The position numbers and the translations under genes are program-made. A DNA stretch of 58,483 bases, from positions 1-58,483 of the forward strand of contig JAQTNC010000008.1 in the NCBI GenBank assembly GCA_028714475.1. Direction: 5' to 3'. Shown in pieces: positions 52,218 through 58,483 of this stretch. The first letter of the stretch is position 1. Each line of letters opens with the position of its first letter. This DNA comes from Patescibacteria group bacterium (GTDB taxonomy: Bacteria; Patescibacteriota; Patescibacteriia; SG8-24). A model generated the notes under the pieces. It was not told the origin of the DNA, made no database searches, and saw nothing but the letters and a program-made list of their open reading frames with translations.

Positions 52218-52253
52218 AAAAACCGAGTTAGGCGTCAAACGAGCCTAACCCGG
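52218..52253 (-). terminator. intrinsic terminator downstream of hisS
   Basis: CCGAGTTAGGC-(9 nt)-GCCTAACCCGG with flanking A and T tracts. Confidence 0.55.
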
Positions 52254-52283
52254 TTTTTTTCAGCTAAAAATAGCCTAAAAACA

Positions 52284-53687
52284 TCAGCCTTTCCCCAGTT
52301 TCTTCCGAATCTCGTGAGCCGCCTTGTTGAAATCCACAATCTCCTGCATGCCCGATTCCATGTCGCGAATCAACACCGTGCCGTCAAGAACCTCTTTCTG
52401 CCCGATGATGGCCGTGTATCTGGCGCCGAGGCGGTTGGCCGTTTCCAACTGGCTTTTGAGCGCGTTCTTGGAGAAGGTAGCGGTGACCATGATGCCGGCC
52501 GAGCGCAGGTCCTCGAACATCTGGAACGCCTTGCGCCGCGCGTTGTCGCCGAGCTGGGCCACGAAAATGTCCGGACGGAACTCGTCCGGCGGCTCGGTTT
52601 CCTGCGTCTTCATCTGCAGGATGGCGCGCTCGAGGCCAAGACCGAAACCACACGCCGGCGTCGGCCGCCCGCCGAACTGCTCGACCAGGTTGTCGTACCG
52701 ACCGCCGCCGCCGAGCGCCTGCGGGGTCTGACTCTGGTCATCGGCCGGCGTCAGCTCGAAGACAGTGCGCGTGTAGTAATCCAGGCCGCGCACGAGGTGC
52801 GGGTTCAGGACGTACGGCACGCCCATCTCGTCAAGCGACTCGAGCACGCGCATCAGGTGGTTCTTGCATTCGTCATCGAGGAAGTCAACGATGTGCGGAG
52901 CGCCGTCGCGCACGGCCGTGCAATCCGGTTCCTTGCAATCGAGCAGGCGCAGCGGATTCTTGGCATAGCGGCGCTTGCAGTCCTCGCAGATATGCGAGCG
53001 TTTCGGCTTGTAGTAAGCCATCAGTTCCGTCAGGTAGTTCTGCCGGCACTGCTGGCAACCGAGACTGTTGATGTTCACCAGCGTCTTGATGCCGAGTTCC
53101 TTGTAGAAAAGGTACGCGAGCAGGACGACCTCGGCGTCCATGGCCGGATTGCCGTCGCCGAAGACCTCGATGCCAAACTGGTGGTGTTCGCGGTAACGCC
53201 CGGCTTGCGGCCGCTCGTAACGGAACATCGAGCCGACGTAATACAGCTTGATCGGCTGCGGCAGGGTGAACATGCCGTGGTTGATGTAGGCGCGCACGAC
53301 GCCCGGGCTGCCTTCCGGCCGCAGGGAGACGTTGTCGCCGCCCTTGTCGAGGAAGGTGAACATCTCCTTCTCCACCAGATCCGAATACTTGCCGGCCGAA
53401 CGGACGAACAGGCCGGTTTCCTCGAGGAGCGGCGTGTCAATGCGCTCGTAGCCGTAGGCGCGGGTCAGGTTCTCGATGCGCCGCCGCACGAAGTGCCAGT
53501 ATTTCTGTTCGCTCGGCAGGGTGTCGCGCATGCCGCGCAGCAGCTGCGGGGTCGAGCCCGGCTTGGGCGCGGGCGGCACGGCAGGTTTTGGCGCCGCAGC
53601 GGCCTTGGACGCCGGTTTGGCGGCCGGTTTCGACGCCGCTTTTGACGCAGACTTTGATGCCGGCTTCTTCGTATTCTTGGAAGCCAT
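52284..53687 (-). CDS. hisS: histidine--tRNA ligase with a Lys/Ala/Pro-rich N-terminal extension
   Basis: LLRGMRDTLP...MFRYERPQAGRYREHHQFG (class II motifs) and an anticodon-binding C-terminus. The first ~45 aa are KPASKSASKAASKPAAKPASK-type. Confidence 0.95.
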   Translation of the reverse strand: MASKNTKKPASKSASKAASKPAAKPASKAAAAPKPAVPPAPKPGSTPQLLRGMRDTLPSEQKYWHFVRRRIENLTRAYGYERIDTPLLEETGLFVRSAGKYSDLVEKEMFTFLDKGGDNVSLRPEGSPGVVRAYINHGMFTLPQPIKLYYVGSMFRYERPQAGRYREHHQFGIEVFGDGNPAMDAEVVLLAYLFYKELGIKTLVNINSLGCQQCRQNYLTELMAYYKPKRSHICEDCKRRYAKNPLRLLDCKEPDCTAVRDGAPHIVDFLDDECKNHLMRVLESLDEMGVPYVLNPHLVRGLDYYTRTVFELTPADDQSQTPQALGGGGRYDNLVEQFGGRPTPACGFGLGLERAILQMKTQETEPPDEFRPDIFVAQLGDNARRKAFQMFEDLRSAGIMVTATFSKNALKSQLETANRLGARYTAIIGQKEVLDGTVLIRDMESGMQEIVDFNKAAHEIRKKLGKG

Positions 53688-53732
53688 AAGGTGTTGCCTT
53701 AGGAGAGGAAATTATGCCAAAACAACACGCCG

Positions 53733-54476
53733 TCAAGGGGTGTTGTTGACGCTTGTCTTAACGTTTTCTTGGCTAAAAAAACCCATTTTCTCCGGTGGCC
53801 AGCCGCGGAACCAGACGCGGCCGACGATGAACTCTCGTTTGACCGGCCCGAAGATGCGCGAGTCCATGCTGGCGGCGCGATTGTCGCCCATGAGGAAGAA
53901 CTCGTCGTCCTTGAGCGCCACGTCCTTGTCGCCGGACGTGCGGAGGCCGGCCGCGAGGTACTCGCTTTCGTCGAGAACGTAACCGTCGGGATGAGCCTGG
54001 TCAAAAATCCGCACCCGTCCATCCGAAATCACGACCCGTTCGCTCGGCAAGCCGATGACGCGCTTGATGAAGAACTGGCTCGGGTCGTTCGGGTAACGGA
54101 AAACGACGATGTCGCCACGCTGGGGGTTGTCGAGGCGGTAGCTGATCTCGTCGATGATGAGGTATTCGTGGTCGTAGAAGTTCGGTTCCATCGAGGCGCC
54201 TTTCACGTAGAACGGCTGGATCAGGAAATAGCGGATCGGCACGATGATGGCGAGCGAGATGATCACCACGTGCAAAATCTCCCCGCCGAATTCAAGCGCC
54301 GAAGAGATAAAAGAGCGCCGCGCTACACCCGCGCCGCCGACCAGGACGTCTTTTGCGGTTTCCGATCCGGTTTCCGGCGCTTCGGTTTCAACCTCCGTCG
54401 TCGGATTCGTGTTCTCTTGGTTGTCTTGGTTGTTTTCCATGTTGATGTCCTTAACTCGTCGCATTTCCTTTCTCAA
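53733..54476 (-). CDS. lepB: signal peptidase I
   Basis: VKGASMEPNF...GDIVVF...IKRVIGLPSE...MGDNRAASMDSR. TTG at 54476; alternative ATG starts at 54464 and 54440. Confidence 0.93.
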   Translation of the reverse strand: MRKEMRRVKDINMENNQDNQENTNPTTEVETEAPETGSETAKDVLVGGAGVARRSFISSALEFGGEILHVVIISLAIIVPIRYFLIQPFYVKGASMEPNFYDHEYLIIDEISYRLDNPQRGDIVVFRYPNDPSQFFIKRVIGLPSERVVISDGRVRIFDQAHPDGYVLDESEYLAAGLRTSGDKDVALKDDEFFLMGDNRAASMDSRIFGPVKREFIVGRVWFRGWPPEKMGFFSQENVKTSVNNTP

Positions 54477-54480
54477 TTCT

Positions 54481-54596
54481 CTGGTGGCCGCAGAAGGGTG
54501 AATCGCGAACCGGTGAGCGATTCACGGGCGGCGTAGGCCGCCCGGGGTTCAGCGAGCAATTCAGATTCTTGCGAGCTGAACCGAACCTTCGACCTC
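54481..54596 (-). pseudogene. tRNA-Val 3'-half-like element with three hairpin insertions in the T loop
   Basis: Minus strand GAGGTCGAAGGTTCG-[35+22+26 nt hairpins]-CCCTTCTGCGGCCACCA, preceded by AAATGGTGCGGGG. Confidence 0.7.
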
Positions 54597-54628
54597 CCCG
54601 CACCATTTGTTCATCTGTTTCAATTCAC

Positions 54629-54705
54629 TGGTGGGCGCAGAAGGATTCGAACCTTCGACCTCTGTCGTGTGAGGACAGCGCTCTAACCAGCTGAGCTATG
54701 CGCCC
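54629..54705 (-). tRNA. tRNA-Val (anticodon CAC), CCA encoded
   Basis: Manual cloverleaf: GGGCGCA/TGCGCCC acceptor, GCTC/GAGC D stem, CTGTC-CTCACAC-GACAG anticodon arm, GAAGG-TTCGAAT-CCTTC T arm. Confidence 0.9.
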
Positions 54706-54740
54706 ATTGCGCCCACCAGTGAATTGGGAAATGGTGCGGG

Positions 54741-54768
54741 GCGCTCTAACCAGCTGAGCTATGCGCCC
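54741..54768 (-). pseudogene. tRNA-Val 5'-half copy (acceptor 5' strand plus D arm)
   Basis: GGGCGCATAGCTCAGCTGGTTAGAGCGC is identical to the first 28 nt of the real tRNA and is followed by CCCCGCACCATTT. Confidence 0.75.
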
Positions 54769-54806
54769 ATTGCGCCCACCAGAGAATTTTAAAGATGAAT
54801 TGCGGG

Positions 54807-54894
54807 GCGCTCCCTGTCCTCCGTAGCTTTAGCGAAGGAGGATAACCAGCTGCCACCCTTCGGGTGGTCACCCGCAGGGTGAAGCTATGCGCCC
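54807..54894 (-). pseudogene. tRNA-Val 5'-half copy carrying two 30-nt hairpin insertions
   Basis: GGGCGCATAGCT-[TCACCCTGCGGGTGACCACCCGAAGGGTGG]-CAGCTGGTTA-[TCCTCCTTCGCTAAAGCTACGGAGGACAGG]-GAGCGC. Confidence 0.75.
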
Positions 54895-54933
54895 ATTAAA
54901 ACTGACTCCGCATAAAAACTGCGAAGCATAGGC

Positions 54934-54961
54934 AGTTTAGCACAATTCAACGGTTTGGCAA
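54934..54961 (-). promoter_or_regulatory. weak promoter candidate for the tRNA-Val array/lepB
   Basis: Minus strand TTGCCA, 16-bp spacer, TAAACT. Confidence 0.3.
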
Positions 54962-55094
54962 ATCCTGCCGTGCGAAAGCGCCCCTGGCACCACAAAAACA
55001 AATATTTTGCATAATTTACGCTAAAAACAAATGAAATCAATTTGCCTTCGACGGCGTAAAACCAATACGCGCTCCGTCATTCCCAGATGAGAAA

Positions 55095-55108
55095 CTGACA
55101 ATTGTCAG
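55095..55108. promoter_or_regulatory. perfect 14-bp palindrome, candidate operator
   Basis: CTGACAATTGTCAG in the divergent region upstream of the LCP gene; related AACTGTCAAC at 55138-55149. Confidence 0.35.
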
Positions 55109-55241
55109 CTGACGGCACGCGGGCGCTCTACGGATGTAAACTGTCAACTCCGGCCCTCCGCCGCCCTTGCCAAATCCGCCGTTTCATCTATTATATATAT
55201 CGTCAGGGCGGTCTAAACCGTCCTTCTCATGGCGCACCGCG

Positions 55242-56711
55242 ATGAATAGCCTCAAGATTGACCTGATTGCGGAGGCCCAGGGAGATTTCTCTGCGCCAGC
55301 CGGCCACGAACCGATCCGAATCATCGTGAAGACGCTGGTTATCGGCGTCATTTTCGCATTGTCGTTCGGCGCTGGGAGGCTCTCGCTGTCGCCGACCGCC
55401 ACGGCCGCGCTCGCCACGCTCAACGAACTGCCGTTCTTCAGCCAGATGCACCTCATCGGCAGCGCGGACCGACGCATCATCGGCGAAGAGGAAGATCGCA
55501 TCAACATCCTCCTGCTCGGCATGGGCGGCGACGGCCACGAGGGACCGCTCCTCACCGACACCATCATGGTGGCGAGCTTCCGTCCGTCGGACAAGCAGGT
55601 CGCCTTGCTTTCCATCCCCCGTGATCTGGTCGTGCCGTTGCCGAAATACGGCTGGCGGAAAATCAACGCCGCCAACGCTTACGGCGAAATGGAGACGCCC
55701 GGGCAAGGCGCGGAGGCCTCCCGCCTGGCGATCGAGGGCCTGTTGGGCATCGATATCCCGTATTACGTGCGGATTGATTTCAGCGGCTTTCGCCAAATCA
55801 TCGATGACGTCGACGGCGTTGACATCACGGTGGATCGCGCGTTCAGCGACGCTTCCTACCCGACCAACCAGCACGGCTACCAGACCGTCGCCTTCCAGGC
55901 CGGTCCGCAACACATGGACGGCGAAACTGCCCTGCAGTTCACCCGCTCGCGCCACGGCAACAACGGCGAGGGTTCGGACTTCGCCCGCGCCAAGCGCCAG
56001 CAGAAGGTGCTCACGGCCCTCAAGACCAAGCTGATGGAGGACCGCAACCTGCGCAGCGCCTCCGTCATCAGCAACCTGCTTTCCACCCTGCACGCCAACA
56101 TCGCCACCAACCTGCAGATCGGCGAAATCCTGCGGCTCGCCAAGATGACCAAGGACATCGACACGTCGAACATCCGCCACGTGGTCATTGACGACAGCCC
56201 TGGTTCGCCGCTCGTTTCGGCCTGGATGAACGGCGCCTTCGTCATGGTGCCCAGGAACGACGATTGGGGGCTGTTGCGGTCGGCGGCGACCGGCGTTTTC
56301 GGGAACGGCGTGGCTGACGCGACTGGCACCGCGACCGGACAGGCGGCAGCCGCTCACGGCATCAACACGTCGGTCGTCGGAGAGCCGAACGTGGCGCCGT
56401 CGGTTGAAGTGGTTGGCGGAGCGGTGGAGATACAGAACGGCTCCGGCGCGATGGGCTTGGCCCGGACTGTGGCCGGTCGGCTAGCCGAACACGGTTTCAC
56501 GGTGACGAAAATCGGGAACGCCGATTCCTTCAAGCACAGCCGCACTCTCATCCTCGACCTCACCGACGGAAAGAAATCCGCCGCTCTCGAAAACCTGCGG
56601 GCCGCGCTCGGCGCCGAAGCCGAAACGGCTGATCCGAGAACCTGGCGCGGCACGCGACCGGACAACGCCGACTTCCTGGTCATTCTCGGCCAGGACGCCG
56701 CCACGTCATGA
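55242..56711 (+). CDS. LytR-CpsA-Psr (LCP) family cell-envelope phosphotransferase with C-terminal LytR_C domain
   Basis: Frame of 55167..56711 trimmed to ATG 55242. NILLLGMGGDGHEGPLLTDTIMVASF...LLSIPRDL. C-terminus VEIQNGSGAMGLARTVAGRL. Confidence 0.9.
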   Translation: MNSLKIDLIAEAQGDFSAPAGHEPIRIIVKTLVIGVIFALSFGAGRLSLSPTATAALATLNELPFFSQMHLIGSADRRIIGEEEDRINILLLGMGGDGHEGPLLTDTIMVASFRPSDKQVALLSIPRDLVVPLPKYGWRKINAANAYGEMETPGQGAEASRLAIEGLLGIDIPYYVRIDFSGFRQIIDDVDGVDITVDRAFSDASYPTNQHGYQTVAFQAGPQHMDGETALQFTRSRHGNNGEGSDFARAKRQQKVLTALKTKLMEDRNLRSASVISNLLSTLHANIATNLQIGEILRLAKMTKDIDTSNIRHVVIDDSPGSPLVSAWMNGAFVMVPRNDDWGLLRSAATGVFGNGVADATGTATGQAAAAHGINTSVVGEPNVAPSVEVVGGAVEIQNGSGAMGLARTVAGRLAEHGFTVTKIGNADSFKHSRTLILDLTDGKKSAALENLRAALGAEAETADPRTWRGTRPDNADFLVILGQDAATS

Positions 56712-56718
56712 AAGTTGG

Positions 56719-56785
56719 GAAGTTAACAGTTGACAGTTGACGGTGGCCGACGAATGCCAACTGATAACTGTTCACTGTCAACTTC
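56719..56785. repeat. inverted repeat carrying GTTGACAGT motifs between the LCP gene and der
   Basis: GAAGTTAACAGTTGACAGTTGAC ... GTTCACTGTCAACTTC. Confidence 0.5.
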
Positions 56786-56795
56786 TCCACTCCTT

Positions 56796-58169
56796 ATGGA
56801 CTTGAGACTCAAAAACACGCCGGTGGTCGCCCTGGTCGGGCGGCCGAACGTCGGCAAATCAACGTTCTTCAACCGCCTGCTCGAACGGCGGAAGGCTTTG
56901 ACGTCGGCGGAAGAGGGCACGACCCGCGACATCAATTACGGGCATTTCCATTGGCGCGGGTTGACCATGACGGCGATTGACACGGCCGGCCTCGATTTGA
57001 CGAGCGCGCGGGCGACGGAGGAGGCGCTCAAGCGCCAGGCGCGCGCCGCCGTGACCAAAGCCGACATCATCATCATGCTCACGGACGTGAAAGGCGGGGT
57101 CATGCCGCAGGATCGCGCGCTCGCGAACGAGCTGCGCAAGTCGAAGAAGACCGTCCTGCTCGTCGCCAACAAGGCCGACAACCCGTCGGCACGCCGCTTG
57201 GCCGAGGCGCCGGAGTGGCTGAAGCTCGGTCTCGGCGCGCCGAATCCCCTTTCCGCGGCCAACGGCTCCGGCGTCGGCGATTTGCTCGACGTGGTCGTGG
57301 CGGCGATTCACGAACAGAAGCTCGACCTCAAGCCTGTGCCGGAAATCGACCTGCGCGTCGCCATCATCGGCCGGCCGAACGTCGGCAAGTCCACGCTTTT
57401 GAACGCCCTCGCCGGCGAGGAACGCGTCCTGGTTTCCGAAGTCGCCTACACCACCAAGGAGCCGCAGGACACCCTGCTCTCCTTCGAGCGCGACGGCGTC
57501 ACGCATCACTTCCTGCTCGTGGACACGGTCGGCATCCGCAAGAAAGGACGCGTCGAGGAAGGGCTTGAGCGCGTCGGCGTAGACCTGACGCTCAAGGAGC
57601 TGAACCGCGCGGACGTCGCCTTCATGATGATTGACGCGGCCGCCGGCATCGGCCTGCAGGAAAAGAAGCTGGCCGGCATCATCGAGGAAGCGGACGCCGG
57701 ACTCATCACCGTCATCAACAAGTGGGACCTGGCGGAAGAGCGCGATCTCGGCACGGCCGATGAGTACCGCGGCTTCGCCCGGCGCGAACTGTCTTTTCTG
57801 GAATGGTCGCCGATGACCTTCATCGCCGCCAAGACCGGCAGCCACGTGGGGCGCCTGCTCGGTTATGCCCTCGACGTCGCGGCCGAACGCGCCCGCGCAA
57901 TCCCGCAGGCGGAGCTGGACAAGTTCATGGAACAGCTCAAGAAAACCCATCGCCTGATGTTCGGCAAGGGGCCGAACCGGCCGAAAGTCTATGGCCTCAC
58001 GCAGATCGGCACCAAGCCGCCGCGCTTCATGCTGGTCGTGAAGGACGTCAAGATCCTGCACCCGAACTTCGTCCGCTTCGTCACGAAGCAGTTGCGCGCC
58101 AAGTTCGGCTTCAAGGGCACGCCGGTGAAGATGCTGGGGCGCGAGATTGAGAAGAGCAAGAGGAAATAA
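56796..58169 (+). CDS. der: ribosome-associated GTPase Der (EngA)
   Basis: Frame of 56730..58169 trimmed to ATG 56796. Two G domains (GRPNVGKST twice, DTAG/DTVG, NKAD/NKWD) plus a KH-like C-terminus. Confidence 0.95.
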   Translation: MDLRLKNTPVVALVGRPNVGKSTFFNRLLERRKALTSAEEGTTRDINYGHFHWRGLTMTAIDTAGLDLTSARATEEALKRQARAAVTKADIIIMLTDVKGGVMPQDRALANELRKSKKTVLLVANKADNPSARRLAEAPEWLKLGLGAPNPLSAANGSGVGDLLDVVVAAIHEQKLDLKPVPEIDLRVAIIGRPNVGKSTLLNALAGEERVLVSEVAYTTKEPQDTLLSFERDGVTHHFLLVDTVGIRKKGRVEEGLERVGVDLTLKELNRADVAFMMIDAAAGIGLQEKKLAGIIEEADAGLITVINKWDLAEERDLGTADEYRGFARRELSFLEWSPMTFIAAKTGSHVGRLLGYALDVAAERARAIPQAELDKFMEQLKKTHRLMFGKGPNRPKVYGLTQIGTKPPRFMLVVKDVKILHPNFVRFVTKQLRAKFGFKGTPVKMLGREIEKSKRK

Positions 58170-58170
58170 T

Positions 58171-58483
58171 ATGACGTGGCTCATCGTCGGCCTCGGCAAT
58201 CCGGGAAAGAAATACGAGAAGACGCGGCACAACGTCGGGTTCAGGGTTGTTGACGCTCTCGTCGCGGAGCAGGCCGGCGTCGAGTGGAAAAAGAAATTCG
58301 AGGCCGAGGTCGCCGAGGGCCGCGTCGGCCGTGCCAAGGTTGTTTTTCTGAAGCCGCTCACCTACATGAACGAGTCCGGCCGCGCGGTTCAGGCGGCGGC
58401 GAAATTCTGGAAAATCCCGGCGACTAACATCGTGGTTATTCACGACGACAAGGATTTGTCTTTGGGGCAGATTCGCGTGCGTC
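58171..58483 (+). CDS. pth: peptidyl-tRNA hydrolase (5' partial, runs off the window)
   Basis: MTWLIVGLGNPGKKYEKTRHNVGFRVVDAL; ATG lies 2 nt after the der stop. Confidence 0.9.
   Translation, partial: MTWLIVGLGNPGKKYEKTRHNVGFRVVDALVAEQAGVEWKKKFEAEVAEGRVGRAKVVFLKPLTYMNESGRAVQAAAKFWKIPATNIVVIHDDKDLSLGQIRVR

Noticed and set aside
54900-55240. Replication origin at the divergent, AT-rich strand-switch region
   Set aside because: No DnaA-box-like TTATCCACA clusters and no dnaA or dnaN nearby. It is more simply a divergent promoter region.
55227-58361. Minus-strand ORFs 55227..56357 and 56859..58361
   Set aside because: They are antisense to the LCP and der genes and have an Arg/Gly/Asp-rich artefact composition.

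Overview
GC-rich bacterial chromosomal window of 58.5 kb with about 46 supported protein genes, 2 tRNAs and a tmRNA. Coding density is high, and there is an unusually rich set of GC-rich intergenic repeats and tRNA-derived fragments. Layout: (i) 0.2-13.5 kb is a cell-envelope glycan and surface locus. It holds an HTH cassette flanked by perfect 105-bp repeats, a GH-like/FG-GAP secreted protein, an Ig-like repeat protein, two GT4 glycosyltransferases, an O-antigen-ligase-like protein, a lipoprotein, an OMP-like beta-barrel candidate and a Wzz-like protein. (ii) 13.5-16.7 kb is an operon of an HtrA-like PDZ protein and three membrane proteins. (iii) 16.8-19.1 kb holds an mTERF-like gene and a visibly lower-GC islet (HD hydrolase, cdd) abutting ssrA (tmRNA) and smpB. 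(iv) 20.4-24.6 kb holds a DUF2723-type GT-C glycosyltransferase, infC-rpmI-rplT and two orphan genes. (v) 25.0-25.7 kb is a tRNA-Asp locus with a GIY-YIG gene flanked by tRNA-like direct repeats. (vi) 27.1-54.7 kb is a long co-directional minus-strand block: ppsA, pyk, nrdR, ftsZ, ftsA, dgkA, ybeY, then about 15.6 kb of surface-protein genes, then yqeY, rpsU, hisS, lepB and tRNA-Val. The surface-protein block includes a 3,578-aa and an 800-aa protein, each carrying an N-terminal TrbC/VirB2-type T4SS-pilin-like membrane module. (vii) 55.2-58.5 kb holds an LCP-family protein, der and a partial pth. The pilin-like modules and N-terminal motifs suggest a Patescibacteria/CPR-like organism; this is an inference, not proven from this window. 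The most interesting items are the pilin-anchored giant protein pair, the nested tRNA-Val half/palindrome array, the GIY-YIG/tRNA-like cassette, the ssrA 3'-end duplications, the mTERF-like protein, the OMP-like barrel and the hairpin-invaded repeat family. Long antisense ORFs in the ORF track are treated as GC-rich artefacts. Coordinates of non-ORF features were anchored to ORF-track frames where possible and may be off by 1-2 nt.
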